A stretch of DNA of 64,000 nucleotides, taken from the NCBI GenBank assembly GCA_963664325.2, contig CAXXDQ010000004.1, positions 832,001-896,000 on the forward strand. Reading direction: 5' to 3'. Shown piece after piece: positions 20,310 through 31,272 of this stretch. Below the pieces are notes generated by a model. That model was not told the DNA's origin, searched no databases, and worked only from the letters and a program-made list of their open reading frames with translations. The position numbers and the translations under genes were made by a program. How positions within the stretch are numbered: position 1 is the stretch's first letter; each line of letters starts with the position of its first letter. Origin of the DNA: Desulfomonilia bacterium. GTDB lineage: Bacteria > Desulfobacterota > Desulfomonilia > UBA1062.

Positions 20310-21191
20310 ATGATAACTGAAAAGTTGAAACAGGAGTTCCTTGTTGCACTTGAAAAGGCCGAATCGGCTCTTTTAATGCCAGTATACATATCTGAAATTG
20401 AAAAGCTTGTTTCGGACCCGAAGGCTTCGGCGCAGGATATTTGTGAAATACTCGACAAGGAACAGGATTTATCCCGCTTAATGTTGAATACGGCTAATTC
20501 TCCTTTTTACAACATTCCTAAAAGGGCGACGAGTACCATCCATGCCGTCCAGGCGATCGGCTTTGAAGAGGTTATAGCAGTTGCAAGGTGCCATGCGGTC
20601 TACGCACTTTTCGCAACTGACAGGTCAAGCCTGCCTGAAAAGATAATCACCCATGGGTCCGCGGTCGGGGCAGCTGCGGTCATGGTCTCTGCACATCTCA
20701 AATTAAAGCACACTGCGGATATTTTTCTGGCAGGGCTTGTTCATGATATCGGCAAGGTTTTCATGTCAGTCTTCATGCCGGATAAATTTGAAAAATTACT
20801 TCTGGTTCTGAACGACCCCGAGAACCTTCTGGGATATCACAAGCTTGAAGAAATGATCTTTGGTGTAACGCATTCGGATGCCGGTGCCGGCCTTCTTGAA
20901 AAAACAGGTTTTGCAAAAAACATCATAGACGCGGTTTCATATCATCATGCGTGCTCCCATGAGGGGCCGTACCCTTTATATTCAGCAATAGTACATATAG
21001 CCGATGCCATCTGTAATATAAAAGGACTTACACCATTTAAAGGACTGACTTTCCCGCTGGTTGAACCGGCCCTGCTTTTACCTTTGCAGGATGTGAAAAA
21101 GGAGTTTGGCACGGCGGACATGACATTCCTGGCAGACGGGGTGGAAATAGAAATTGAACGTTTAAGGCCGTTTGTTGCGGCGTTAAGATAA
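20310..21191 (+). CDS. HDOD domain protein
   Basis: ANSPFY, AGLVHDIGK, HSDAG, YHH, ADAI. Confidence 0.88.
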   Translation: MITEKLKQEFLVALEKAESALLMPVYISEIEKLVSDPKASAQDICEILDKEQDLSRLMLNTANSPFYNIPKRATSTIHAVQAIGFEEVIAVARCHAVYALFATDRSSLPEKIITHGSAVGAAAVMVSAHLKLKHTADIFLAGLVHDIGKVFMSVFMPDKFEKLLLVLNDPENLLGYHKLEEMIFGVTHSDAGAGLLEKTGFAKNIIDAVSYHHACSHEGPYPLYSAIVHIADAICNIKGLTPFKGLTFPLVEPALLLPLQDVKKEFGTADMTFLADGVEIEIERLRPFVAALR

Positions 21192-21205
21192 GAAAGGAGG
21201 CCGGC

Positions 21206-21799
21206 ATGCGCAAGGAAAAATTCATGAGACCCCTTGTTCTGTTTCTGGCATTACTTATTCCGGTGCTTGCGTATGCGAATGACGGGACTACAGGGCCTGC
21301 CGGTAATAAGGGAGGTACAAAGAAAATGGAAAACGCTTTTAAATTGATGAGTCTTTCCTTCGGCAATTTACAGGCAATTCCAGAAAGGTATTCCTATAAT
21401 ATGAGGCCGCAATGCTCGGGAGATAACTTCTCGCCGGCCTTGTCCTGGGTGGGCGTTCCGGCCGGGACGAAGAGCCTGGCCGTAATCATGCATGACCCCG
21501 ACGGCGGCAACTGGACGCACTGGGTCCAGTTCAATATCCCTTCAAATGCAGACAGACTTGATGAGGCAAAGGGCGGCCCTGCTGTCGGGATTAAAGGGTC
21601 AAACAGTTTCGGCGGAACAGGTTATGCCGGTCCGTGTCCTCCTTCAGACGGCAGAACTCACAGGTACATTTTCACGCTTTATGCACTTGATGCTGATATA
21701 AACCTGCCTGTCGGAACGTCCAGAGAACGCCTGGAAAAGGCTATGGCTGGACACATCCTCGGCAGAGCCGTATTTACTGGCATTAAAAAGCGGGATTAG
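21206..21799 (+). CDS. YbhB/YbcL (PEBP) family exported protein
   Basis: SPALSW, MHDPD, THWV, GPCPP, HRYIFTLYALD. Confidence 0.92.
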   Translation: MRKEKFMRPLVLFLALLIPVLAYANDGTTGPAGNKGGTKKMENAFKLMSLSFGNLQAIPERYSYNMRPQCSGDNFSPALSWVGVPAGTKSLAVIMHDPDGGNWTHWVQFNIPSNADRLDEAKGGPAVGIKGSNSFGGTGYAGPCPPSDGRTHRYIFTLYALDADINLPVGTSRERLEKAMAGHILGRAVFTGIKKRD

Positions 21800-21809
21800 A
21801 GACAACTCC

Positions 21810-23012
21810 TTAGTCTTTAATCTCGAGCAGCTTCTTTAGAATCGTATGCCCTTCTTCGATGAACAGGCCAGATGCCAAGGCATCCTTTTCGGTGAACCTT
21901 TGAGGGACAGACTTTTCTTCCCTGCTGTCATATAGAAGGAAGGGCACCGGCTCTGATGTATGAGTCTTTTTGGCAATCGGGGTCGGGTGGTCGGGCATGA
22001 AAAGAAGCCTGTAAGGTGCGCCTGCTGCATTGAGGCCTTTCAGGACAATGGACATCACCCGTGAATCGATATCCTCTATGGCCTTTACCTTTTCCTTCAA
22101 ATATCCGCCGTGGCCGGCCTCGTCAGGCGCCTCGATATGGACATAGACGAAATCGTGTGTTTTTAAAGCCTCAAGCGCGGCGTTGGCCTTGCCCTCGTAA
22201 TCTGTATCGATCCAGCCCGTAGCACCCGGGACTTTCACGATGTCCATACCTCTGAGTTTTCCTAGCCCTTTCAGCAGGTCAACCGCTGAAATCATTGCGC
22301 CTGTTATATTGAACTCCTCTTTCAGTGTCGGAACCCTCATTGCCTTGCCTTCTCCCCACGGCCAGAGGCAGGTAGCTTCCTTCTTGCGTTCCTGTCTGCG
22401 CTTCAGGTTTATAGGATGATCCTTCAGGGCCGCCTTGCTTTCATCTATGACATTTTTCAACAAGGCGTCATTCGGAAGGAAAGGCTCGACTGGCCGGCCT
22501 GTAATATCATGCGGGGGCGTGGTTTTCAGGGCCTGATTGTCAAATCTGCTTATCACCATCAGATGCCTGTATTCAACACCCCGGTAAATACCGATACCTG
22601 TATGTTCAGTGATAATCGGCCTCAGATGATCAATCAATGCTCCAGCCTCTTCGGTTGAGATATGGCCTGAAGAATAGTCTTCCATTATCGGGCCGTCTGG
22701 ACCATGGCCCAGGGTCACGAAATTGATCCTGAAAGCGGTGTCGTCATCTGCGAGTTCGACGCCGATGCTCACTGCCTCTATCGGCGCCCTGCCCGTATAA
22801 CAGCGAGACGGGTCAAGGCCCAGGACAGCCATGTTGGCGATATCGCTGCCCGGAGGAAAGTTGTCTTTTACCGTCTTGACCGTGCCGAGAGTTGACTTTG
22901 CGGCAAGCGCATCGATATTGGGGGTAAAGGCCGCCTCAAGAGGGGTTTTACCTCCGAGCGCATCTATCGGATAATCGGCCATCCCATCGCCGAGGATAAC
23001 AAGATATTTCAC
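21810..23012 (-). CDS. apgM: Cofactor-independent phosphoglycerate mutase, ApgM type
   Basis: GDGMAD, PGSD, HIEAPDEAGH, PDHPTP...HT. Confidence 0.9.
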   Translation of the reverse strand: MKYLVILGDGMADYPIDALGGKTPLEAAFTPNIDALAAKSTLGTVKTVKDNFPPGSDIANMAVLGLDPSRCYTGRAPIEAVSIGVELADDDTAFRINFVTLGHGPDGPIMEDYSSGHISTEEAGALIDHLRPIITEHTGIGIYRGVEYRHLMVISRFDNQALKTTPPHDITGRPVEPFLPNDALLKNVIDESKAALKDHPINLKRRQERKKEATCLWPWGEGKAMRVPTLKEEFNITGAMISAVDLLKGLGKLRGMDIVKVPGATGWIDTDYEGKANAALEALKTHDFVYVHIEAPDEAGHGGYLKEKVKAIEDIDSRVMSIVLKGLNAAGAPYRLLFMPDHPTPIAKKTHTSEPVPFLLYDSREEKSVPQRFTEKDALASGLFIEEGHTILKKLLEIKD

Positions 23013-23042
23013 ATGAGCCTCCGCTTAAACCTGTACATGACT

Positions 23043-24365
23043 TTATTTCTTCTTTATGGAATTATCCTCGACCCTGAGGACAATGGGTTTACCGCCTACT
23101 TCCTTGATTGATGAAAGCATACCTATCGCTTCCATCATATCGGCTTCCCTGGCCTCATGCGTCATCATGACCACCTGCACGAACTTGTCTTCATATGCCG
23201 GTTTCTGGATGACGGAGAGTATGCTTATATCCTTTTCCCCCAGTATGCCGGCGATTTTTGCAAGCACGCCGGGCTTGTCGGCCACCTTTATCCTCAGATA
23301 GTAGTTGGTGCTTATTTCTTCAATTGGCATGAAGCTTTTTTTCAGGCTCTGGTCTTTTCTGTAGCCAAGATGGGGGATCCTGCCGGCAACACCGGATTGT
23401 ATGTTCCTGGCAATATCCGCAATGTCACTCATGACTGCGGAGGCGGTAGGCATCATGCCTGCACCCCGGCCATAGAAAAGGGTCGTATCGACAATGTCGC
23501 CCTTGACATAGAAGGCATTAAACACCCCGTCGACCCTGGCAAGCTGGTAAGAAAAAGGAATCAGCACGGGATGAACCCTGGCCTCGACCTTGTCTCCCCT
23601 GTCTATGGCTATGCCGAGGAGCTTCACCTTGTATCCGAGCTCTTTTGCATAGGTTATGTCAACGCTGTCCAGTTTCGAGATACCTTCCACGTACATGCCC
23701 TTAAGGTCGGGAGCGGTGCCATAGGCGAGGCTGCAGAGTATCGCCAGTTTGTGAGCCGCATCGTGACCTTCAATGTCGAGCGTAGGGTCTGCCTCGGCAT
23801 ATCCAAGTTTCTGAGCTGACTTCAAGACATCGTTGAATTTTATGCCTTTTTCGGTCATCTCTGTCAGGATGTAATTGCAGGTGCCGTTCATTATGCCGTG
23901 GATGAATACATAGTTGTTTGCGATAAGGGCTTCCCTGAGTGTCTTGATTATCGGGATGCCCCCGCCGACGGCCGCCTCGAAATAAAGGTCCCTGCCGCAG
24001 GACTGCGCCGTATCGAACAGGGACTTTCCCTTTGAAGCGAGCAGGGCCTTGTTAGCGGTGACAACGTGCTTTCCCGCCTTGAGAGCATTGGTAATGAAAG
24101 TCTTGGCAGGCTCTATCCCGCCGATCAGCTCAACAACGATATCAATTTCCGGGTCATTGATTATCTCGTTTGCGTCGGTGGTCAGGATTGCCTCGGGGAG
24201 TTTAATTTCCCTTTCCCTGGCAATATCGATATCCGCTATTTTTTTGAGCGTTAAAGGAAAACCGAGCCTTTCCTCGAGAAGACCCATGTTCTGCATGAGG
24301 GTTTTTGCCACACCGGCGCCGATAGTTCCAAATCCGATAATTCCAACCTTGATCTCTCTCATCAT
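23043..24365 (-). CDS. hom: Homoserine dehydrogenase with ACT domain
   Basis: [34 protein letters not shown]-terminal ACT. Confidence 0.96.
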   Translation of the reverse strand: MMREIKVGIIGFGTIGAGVAKTLMQNMGLLEERLGFPLTLKKIADIDIAREREIKLPEAILTTDANEIINDPEIDIVVELIGGIEPAKTFITNALKAGKHVVTANKALLASKGKSLFDTAQSCGRDLYFEAAVGGGIPIIKTLREALIANNYVFIHGIMNGTCNYILTEMTEKGIKFNDVLKSAQKLGYAEADPTLDIEGHDAAHKLAILCSLAYGTAPDLKGMYVEGISKLDSVDITYAKELGYKVKLLGIAIDRGDKVEARVHPVLIPFSYQLARVDGVFNAFYVKGDIVDTTLFYGRGAGMMPTASAVMSDIADIARNIQSGVAGRIPHLGYRKDQSLKKSFMPIEEISTNYYLRIKVADKPGVLAKIAGILGEKDISILSVIQKPAYEDKFVQVVMMTHEAREADMMEAIGMLSSIKEVGGKPIVLRVEDNSIKKK

Positions 24366-25537
24366 ACGTTATACCCCAGAGCCTTTCTTATGCCTCTTAC
24401 AGCCTGCCTTATCCTGTGCTCGTTTTCAACGAGTGCAAACCTTACATGGTCATCGCCGTATTTGCCGAAACCTATTCCGGGCGAAACCGCTACTTCTCCC
24501 TGTTCTAGCAGCTGTTTTGAGAATTCAAGGGAACCCATTTTCCTGAACTCTTCGGGTATATTCGCCCAGACAAACATTGTACCCTTCGGTTTCGGAATTT
24601 CCCAGCCTGATTTTGCCAGTCCTTCGCAAAGGACATCCCTCCTGCTCTGATACCTTTCGCTGATTTCGTTTACGCATGACTGGTCTTCATTCAGGGCTAT
24701 GATTGACGCAATCTGAATCGGCTGGAACACACCGTAATCCAGGTAGCTCTTTATCCTCCCAAGTGCATAAACCGCCTCTCTGTTGCCGACTGCAAAACCC
24801 ACGCGCCAGCCTGCCATGCTGTAGCTTTTTGAAAGCGAAAAGAATTCAACCGCAATATCCTTGGCGCCCGGCACCTGCAGGATACTGGGGGCTGTGTACC
24901 CGTCAAAACAGAGGTCTGCATAGGCAAAGTCATGGATGATGAATATATCATGCTCCTTTGCAAACTCGACCACCTTGGTGAAGAACTCCAGATCGACCAC
25001 CGCAGTAGTGGGATTGTGCGGGAAGGAAAGTATCATAAGCTTGGGCTGCGGCCATGTCAGTTTGGTGGCAGTAAGAAGATCGGCAAAGAAATCCCTGTCC
25101 CTTTGCAAAGGGATGCCCCTCACATTGCCGCCTGCGAGAACTGTCGCATATGTGTGGATGGGATAGGTGGGATTAGGCACGAATACGACGTCTCCTGATG
25201 TGATCATCGAGAATATAATGTGTGCGAAGCCCTCCTTGACACCCATTGTTGTTATGGCTTCGGTATCCGGGTCTATGTCCACATCAAAACGGCGTTTGTA
25301 CCAGTTTGCAATAGCCATCCTCAGTTTGTAAATGCCCTTTGAAGCTGAATACCTGTGGTTCTTGGGGTTGCGCGAGGCCTCCACCATCTTGTCTATTATG
25401 TGATCGGGGGTCGGAATGTCCGGGTTGCCCATTCCCAGGTCAATTATGTCCCTGCCGTCATGCCTTGCCTTCATCTTGAGCACGTCAACCTGGGCAAAAA
25501 CATATGGCGGAAGCCTGTCAATCCTGACAAACTGCAT
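24362..25537 (-). CDS. alaC: Class I PLP aminotransferase (AlaC-like)
   Basis: [33 protein letters not shown]. Confidence 0.85.
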   Translation of the reverse strand: MQFVRIDRLPPYVFAQVDVLKMKARHDGRDIIDLGMGNPDIPTPDHIIDKMVEASRNPKNHRYSASKGIYKLRMAIANWYKRRFDVDIDPDTEAITTMGVKEGFAHIIFSMITSGDVVFVPNPTYPIHTYATVLAGGNVRGIPLQRDRDFFADLLTATKLTWPQPKLMILSFPHNPTTAVVDLEFFTKVVEFAKEHDIFIIHDFAYADLCFDGYTAPSILQVPGAKDIAVEFFSLSKSYSMAGWRVGFAVGNREAVYALGRIKSYLDYGVFQPIQIASIIALNEDQSCVNEISERYQSRRDVLCEGLAKSGWEIPKPKGTMFVWANIPEEFRKMGSLEFSKQLLEQGEVAVSPGIGFGKYGDDHVRFALVENEHRIRQAVRGIRKALGYNV

Positions 25538-25540
25538 TTA

Positions 25541-26404
25541 TTACCTCCGGTCTTGTTCCCTAATTTCTTCGAGTATACTGCCTGCCCTGTAAGAGCTTCT
25601 TACGAAGGGGCTTGCGACTACATATCTTATGCCAATGCCTTTTGCAAGCACGGCCCATGCCGCAAATGCCTCGGGTTCCCAGTATTTTGATACCGGCACC
25701 TGCTTTCGCGTGGGCCTCAGGTACTGGCCGATTGTAAGAATATCAACATGAGTCTCATTTATTAAGACAATCAGCTCCTCGATTTGGCTTTCGCTTTCAC
25801 CAAGGCCTACCATAAAACCGGTTTTGACCAAGGGCCCGCCATGCTTTTTTGCCGCATCGAGAACAGCCAGGCTTCTGTCAAGGTCTGCTTCGGGTCTGAT
25901 TGCGCCATAAAGAGAGCGTACGGTTTCCAGATTGTGTCCGAATACATCGGGTTTTGCCTCAAGAACAATATCAAGAAGCTCTGTCCTGCCTGAAAAGTCC
26001 GGGGTAAGCACTTCAACGGTTATCCCGGGCAGCCTGGTGTTTAATTCCCTTATGCATTCAGCAAACTGGCCGGCGCCTTGGTCAATGAGGTCATCCCTGG
26101 TCACCGACGTTATTACTGCATGCCTTAGGCCAAGATCTCCTGCAGCTTCTGCCAGCAGTACGGGTTCATCAGGATCGGGCAAAGATGGTATTCCTCCCCT
26201 TACTGAACAGAAAGTGCAGTTCCTGGTGCATATGTCACCAAGAATAAGAAAGGTAGCTTCATTTCTGGAAAAACATTCGGAAATATTGGGACAGCGGGCC
26301 TCCTCGCAAACCGTTGATAGCCTGCCTTTTCTAAGCTTGAGTCTGACATCCCTCAGGCCGGAGAGCTCCCTGCGGTTTCTGAGCCATACCGGAAGCCTCT
26401 CCAT
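25541..26404 (-). CDS. lipA: Lipoyl synthase
   Basis: CEEARCPNISEC, CTRNCTFC, RSSY. Confidence 0.95.
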   Translation of the reverse strand: MERLPVWLRNRRELSGLRDVRLKLRKGRLSTVCEEARCPNISECFSRNEATFLILGDICTRNCTFCSVRGGIPSLPDPDEPVLLAEAAGDLGLRHAVITSVTRDDLIDQGAGQFAECIRELNTRLPGITVEVLTPDFSGRTELLDIVLEAKPDVFGHNLETVRSLYGAIRPEADLDRSLAVLDAAKKHGGPLVKTGFMVGLGESESQIEELIVLINETHVDILTIGQYLRPTRKQVPVSKYWEPEAFAAWAVLAKGIGIRYVVASPFVRSSYRAGSILEEIREQDRR

Positions 26405-26425
26405 GGGCGTCGTTCCTTCCGTTTT

Positions 26426-26725
26426 CTACCCCGGCTTTACCGGTGATTTTATCTCAGCCTCTTTTTCCCTGAGAATCTTTTCGAGCTGTTTAACCTGGTC
26501 GGCGGCATTTTTCTCTCTGGCTCTCATGTCCGACCCCGAGAGGATATTGTAAATAAAAGCAATAAGCGTACCCGATACGAACGAAACAAATAGCACAAGG
26601 TAAAGGGGGAATTCTTTGGACGTTAGCGTAAAGAAATGCAGGCTGGCCCCCTGCTGATTTGAGACTCCAAAAAGGATGCCGGCGACAATTATTGAGATTA
26701 TAATGGCAACCTTAATATATATCAA
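26426..26725 (-). CDS. LapA (DUF1049) family membrane protein
   Basis: Two TM helices with F..SN motif and a coiled-coil tail. Confidence 0.65.
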   Translation of the reverse strand: MIYIKVAIIISIIVAGILFGVSNQQGASLHFFTLTSKEFPLYLVLFVSFVSGTLIAFIYNILSGSDMRAREKNAADQVKQLEKILREKEAEIKSPVKPG

Positions 26726-27189
26726 GAAATAGCCCCCCTTATTTTTGCCAGGGTTTTTTCAATATGCTCGGAAACTATATGGACTTCTGACAGTACAGGG
26801 ATAAAGTTTGTATCGCCGTTCCATCGCGGAACTATGTGCACATGGATATGATCGGCTATTCCTGCACCGGCAGCTGCACCCATATTAATGCCTATATTAA
26901 AACCATCAGGCTGCATGGATTTCTTTATTGCCGCTGTCAGCTCCTTGACAAGCCTGAACATGTCTGCACCCTCTTCATCATTGAGGTCATTTATGTCTCC
27001 GGTATGTCTCACCGGCGCCACCATGCAGTGGCCGGCGGTATAAGGGAACCGGTTCATTATTGCAAATGAAAAAGGGCTTTTCTTGATGAGCAGGCTGCCA
27101 GTTTCTTCCTGTGCGTTGCAGAAAAGACAGCCGTCCTGCCTGGACCCGGATACATATTCAGCCCTCCATGGCGACCAGAGATTATTCAT
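26722..27189 (-). CDS. HIT family hydrolase (Ap4A phosphorylase-like)
   Basis: LWSPWR, CLFC, HIHVHIVPRW. Confidence 0.92.
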   Translation of the reverse strand: MNNLWSPWRAEYVSGSRQDGCLFCNAQEETGSLLIKKSPFSFAIMNRFPYTAGHCMVAPVRHTGDINDLNDEEGADMFRLVKELTAAIKKSMQPDGFNIGINMGAAAGAGIADHIHVHIVPRWNGDTNFIPVLSEVHIVSEHIEKTLAKIRGAIS

Positions 27190-27674
27190 AGCTCTATGAT
27201 TTCTCCCCTCATATTTCCAGAATCGGTTACAATTATACCCACTGAATTGATGTTTGTAAATCTTGAGTCGGTGGGCGATCCCGGATTAAAAAAGAAAATA
27301 CCCGACTCATACGCACAGAATGGCTGATGCGTATGGCCGTATACGATTGCGTCGACATCTGAAAATTCGCAAATGATGCGCTGTCTGATACCGCCCGGAG
27401 ACCCCCAGCCGTGAATGATGCCGATCCTTATGTCTTCAACCTCGATGACTTTTTTTGCAGGATACCTGCTTCTTATTTCATCAATGTCCATGTTTCCTGA
27501 GACCGCATGAACCGGCTTATTCGTTGCGTAAAGTGAATCCAGAACCGAAGGCCATACCATGTCGCCTGCATGAATGAACATATCCACAGTAGAAAGATGC
27601 TTTTCGACAATTTTATCGATAATGTTGTCAGGCCCTTTAAGGTGGGTGTCAGAAAAGACTCCGATTTTAAGCAT
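27186..27674 (-). CDS. YfcE-type metallophosphoesterase
   Basis: SDTH, HAGD, GNMD, HG, GHTH, NPGS. Confidence 0.92.
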   Translation of the reverse strand: MLKIGVFSDTHLKGPDNIIDKIVEKHLSTVDMFIHAGDMVWPSVLDSLYATNKPVHAVSGNMDIDEIRSRYPAKKVIEVEDIRIGIIHGWGSPGGIRQRIICEFSDVDAIVYGHTHQPFCAYESGIFFFNPGSPTDSRFTNINSVGIIVTDSGNMRGEIIEL

Positions 27675-27780
27675 TTCTTAAGATAGCCACACAAACAAAG
27701 ATAATTCAAGGGCGAGACTCATGGGAATTGCGTTCAATCCGCTTACGGGTTGGGCTTGCGACTTCCGGCCCGGAAATGCG

Positions 27781-28842
27781 TCACTTCTTAAGCAGCATCT
27801 CGCCGAGCCTTTTCTGTTTGATCATTGATACGCCGTCGGCAATCCTGATCAGTCTGCTGAAATCAGACAGCATGACCGGAAGGCGATCGTCTCCTTTAGT
27901 TGAGCCTGAAATGATATTGTCAGAGATTTCCTGAAATTCCGCAGCCAAAGACCTTGAGACCAGTATTACCGGCAGCAGATTATCCACCACATCTTCATCG
28001 AGCAGACCTGCGGCCTTGTCAGCAATGAAAGCCGCTGTTTCACATATTGCCTTCATCCGGCCAAGGACAAGCAGGATATCGTCATTGGTGGGCGAATCTC
28101 TAAGAATGACAGCAATGCCATTGACAATAAACCCCATCGCTCCTGCGAGAGGACCCATCATCATGACGTCTTCGATCTCCCTGAAAGGAACCACGATTTC
28201 ATTATATGCCGAACCCCCTGTACCTATCAGGTTTTCTTTGGGAACAGCGCAAGAATCAAGCTTAACAAAGCCATGCGGCGACGGCCTTAAAAAAGGTATG
28301 CCCATGTCAACAACACTAAGGCCTGCTGATGATTTGGGTACAATTATGGCGCTGAATTTCTTACGGCCTTCCTTCTCATCCGTGACTGCGATGACAACAA
28401 AGATATCCGCAATGGGCGCATTGGTGATAAAGGCCTTTTCGCCGGTAATGACATAGCCTCGATCTGTCAATTCGGCACGGGTTTTCATGTGTTTGGGATG
28501 CGCCCCTGTTTTAGGTTCGCTCATGGCTAAGCAGGCGGTTTTCCCGCCCGAGAGCATTTCTATCTGCCCCGGTGTACCCAGCCTTTCAAAGACAAAGCGG
28601 CATGCAAGCTGATGAAGCATCCAGCTCAGGCAATACCCTATATTGCCTCCGTGCCTGAGAAGCGCTTTACCTGCAGAACTTATTTCCGAATAGCTCTTCA
28701 GGGGTTCAAGCAGGCCTTCAGAACGCATTATCTCCCAGACGTCACAGGGGAATGGACCTGAAGCCAGGTTTCGCCCGGCCATATGTTCACCGGCGAACCT
28801 CACCATCCTTTCATATTGCATTTCCATATTGTTCTGACCCAT
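27781..28842 (-). CDS. Divergent acyl-CoA dehydrogenase family protein
   Basis: CLAMSEPKTG, ITGEKAFITNAP, VPKENLIG. Confidence 0.8.
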   Translation of the reverse strand: MGQNNMEMQYERMVRFAGEHMAGRNLASGPFPCDVWEIMRSEGLLEPLKSYSEISSAGKALLRHGGNIGYCLSWMLHQLACRFVFERLGTPGQIEMLSGGKTACLAMSEPKTGAHPKHMKTRAELTDRGYVITGEKAFITNAPIADIFVVIAVTDEKEGRKKFSAIIVPKSSAGLSVVDMGIPFLRPSPHGFVKLDSCAVPKENLIGTGGSAYNEIVVPFREIEDVMMMGPLAGAMGFIVNGIAVILRDSPTNDDILLVLGRMKAICETAAFIADKAAGLLDEDVVDNLLPVILVSRSLAAEFQEISDNIISGSTKGDDRLPVMLSDFSRLIRIADGVSMIKQKRLGEMLLKK

Positions 28843-28868
28843 CCAATTTTACTCTGTTCCCGGTTTTC

Positions 28869-28916
28869 TTTAATGACTCAACGGCTTAACAGCTCAAAAG
28901 CTTTTCAGCTTAACGG
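28869..28916. repeat. Imperfect 8-bp tandem repeat (about 6 units)
   Basis: TTTAATGA CTCAACGG CTTAACAG CTCAAAAG CTTTTCAG CTTAACGG. Confidence 0.6.
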
Positions 28917-30254
28917 CTATAAAACCAGCTCTTCTACAAATTCCATCAGCTCGTTTAAAGTCCTCATCTGCCTAAGCTCATTGCAGTAAGGCTCATAGGT
29001 GCTCATTTCGCTGTCGCCCGTATTCCAGACATAGTTCGGTTCCGGATTGAGCCATATTACGCGCCTTGCCCTTTCCCGCATCTCTGAAAAGATCCTGTCT
29101 TCCGGGTTCTGGTAATTAGTTCTGGCATCGCCCATGACAATCAGCGTAGTCTTTTTATCAAGAGTGTCCATATGATGCTGTTTAAACTCGCGGAGCGTCT
29201 TCCCGTAGTCCGTGGGCAGATTGAACTCGAGTGGGGATTCCTTGAGCACGAGGTCTATTGCATGGTTTATCTCATGCTCCTTGAGGGTCTTTGTAACATC
29301 AGCCAGGCCTGAAACAAAGATGAAGCTCTTTACGTCTGCAAAGCATTCCTGAAGTGAATAGAGAACGTTAAGCATGAAGCGCGCCGACGCCCATACGGAA
29401 CTGGACACATCGCACAGGGTGACTATACGAGCCTTTCTTTTCGGCTTGTGGCGCATGCGAATCTCAATGGGCACTCCGTGGTATTTCTGGGCGGCCCTCA
29501 ATGTCTTTTTTACATCAATAACGCCTGCGCTCATGGAGGCCCACCTTCTTGTTACGATATCCTTCAGTTTCCTTACAAGGTGGTCGATCGTTTCCCGGAC
29601 TTCATTGATCTCCTTTTCGTTAAGGGTGCCGAAGGGTTTTGAACCTGTCCCCCTTTTTTCATCATGGGCCTTCAGTTTTTTAAGCCCGTCCGCGACAGGG
29701 CCCTGGTCCTCGACCATCAGCCTGTAGGCGCGTTCTATGCGGGAAGTTATAAGGTCTGCGTATTCGTCCTGTCCCCTTGTGTATGCAGAGTCCAGAGCAA
29801 GGTCTCGGATTCTGTTAAGGGCCAGCAGTATTTCAATGCGGTTTGCGAGCGGTCCCAGGTTGAATCTCATGAATGTGTGGGATTCATTCTCCCTCATCCT
29901 CCTCAGCACGTCCAGGTAGGGTAACGGGTTACCTGAAACGAAATCCACGATCGCCTGTTCCTTTCCGTCGGCGTCCTCTTTTATGTGGGCAAGCTCGTCC
30001 CTCATTTCATCGAACGGATTGGTTCTGTCCGATTCGCCTGGAAGGCCGTGAAAGAACAGATCATAAAGCCTGTCGAAGCGCCTGGAGTCGCGATGGGTCT
30101 TGACGAAATTGCATTTGAGGGTGGTCCTGAAAACGTCCTCGTCCAGCGCATCGATGACCTCCAGGTGCCTAGCACAGTCAAGGACCTCGGCTGTAGAGAC
30201 CAGCATCTCTCCGGCCTTAAGGCATGATACGAAATCTAGCAGGAGGTTTATCAA
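28917..30254 (-). CDS. VWA domain protein (CoxE-like)
   Basis: MIDAS-like DVSSS, TDYG, GDARTN, WLNPE. Confidence 0.88.
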   Translation of the reverse strand: MINLLLDFVSCLKAGEMLVSTAEVLDCARHLEVIDALDEDVFRTTLKCNFVKTHRDSRRFDRLYDLFFHGLPGESDRTNPFDEMRDELAHIKEDADGKEQAIVDFVSGNPLPYLDVLRRMRENESHTFMRFNLGPLANRIEILLALNRIRDLALDSAYTRGQDEYADLITSRIERAYRLMVEDQGPVADGLKKLKAHDEKRGTGSKPFGTLNEKEINEVRETIDHLVRKLKDIVTRRWASMSAGVIDVKKTLRAAQKYHGVPIEIRMRHKPKRKARIVTLCDVSSSVWASARFMLNVLYSLQECFADVKSFIFVSGLADVTKTLKEHEINHAIDLVLKESPLEFNLPTDYGKTLREFKQHHMDTLDKKTTLIVMGDARTNYQNPEDRIFSEMRERARRVIWLNPEPNYVWNTGDSEMSTYEPYCNELRQMRTLNELMEFVEELVL

Positions 30255-30271
30255 TTTTTTAACCCCCGGAA

Positions 30272-31183
30272 TTACTGCCTGACTATTTTTGACAGATTGT
30301 CTTTTACCCTGTCAGCATCCGTCTTGTATTTAATAAGTGCTCCGAGCGTGTCGGTGACCAGTTCCGCAGACAGATCATCCACCTGCAGCGCAATAAGCGC
30401 ACGCGCCCAGTCGAGGGTCTCCGATATGCAGGGCCGTTTTCTGAGGTCGAGCTTGCGGATCTCCCTGACGGCATCGATCATCCTGTCAAGGAGCCTTTCC
30501 TCAATGCCGGGGATGCGCGTCTTGACTATGCGCTTTTCAATCTCCCGGTCGGGATAGTCTATCCAGATGTGCAGGCAGCGCCTTTTTAGCGCATCGCTCA
30601 TGTCCCGGTAATTGTTTGACGTCAGCACGACAAACGGGATGTTTTTTGCCTTCCTTGTGCCAAGCTCAGGGATGGTAACCTGGAAATCACTCAAAAGCTC
30701 AAGCAGAAAGGCCTCGAATTCCGGGTCGCTCTTGTCGACCTCATCTATGAGCAGTACCGTCGGCTTTTCAGAGCTGATGGCTGTGAGCAGCGGCCTCGGG
30801 CAGATGAAACGCTCTGAGAAGAAGGCGTCCTCCTCCCCCGCAATCCTGTCAACAGCCTCTGAAAGGGTTTTAGTTCCTTGAAGGACCTCGCCGATCTTTT
30901 CCTTGACCATCTGGGTATATAGGAGCTGTTTAGCATATTCCCACTCGTACAGGGCCTTGGCCTCGTCTAGACCTTCATAACATTGAAGCCTTATCAGTTC
31001 CCTGCCCAGGCAGAGGGCAACCGACTTTGCGAGCTCGGTTTTTCCCACTCCAGCCGGCCCTTCGACAAGCACGGGTTTGTTCGTGGCCTGGGCCAGATAA
31101 ACTACTGTCGATATCTGCCTTGACGGGATGTATCCTACCGATTCCAATTCACTGCTGACATCTGCTATTGATGAAAATGACAT
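30272..31183 (-). CDS. MoxR-family AAA+ ATPase (CoxD-like)
   Basis: GPAGVGKT, LQCYEG, LLIDEVDK, LTSN, ALKRR. Confidence 0.92.
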   Translation of the reverse strand: MSFSSIADVSSELESVGYIPSRQISTVVYLAQATNKPVLVEGPAGVGKTELAKSVALCLGRELIRLQCYEGLDEAKALYEWEYAKQLLYTQMVKEKIGEVLQGTKTLSEAVDRIAGEEDAFFSERFICPRPLLTAISSEKPTVLLIDEVDKSDPEFEAFLLELLSDFQVTIPELGTRKAKNIPFVVLTSNNYRDMSDALKRRCLHIWIDYPDREIEKRIVKTRIPGIEERLLDRMIDAVREIRKLDLRKRPCISETLDWARALIALQVDDLSAELVTDTLGALIKYKTDADRVKDNLSKIVRQ

Positions 31184-31272
31184 GGCATTTCTCCTTTGGA
31201 AATACTGAAAAAAGGCTTATCAAGTATGTTTATATATGGCAAGAGATAAAAAACCCTTTCAGGAGTAGACTT

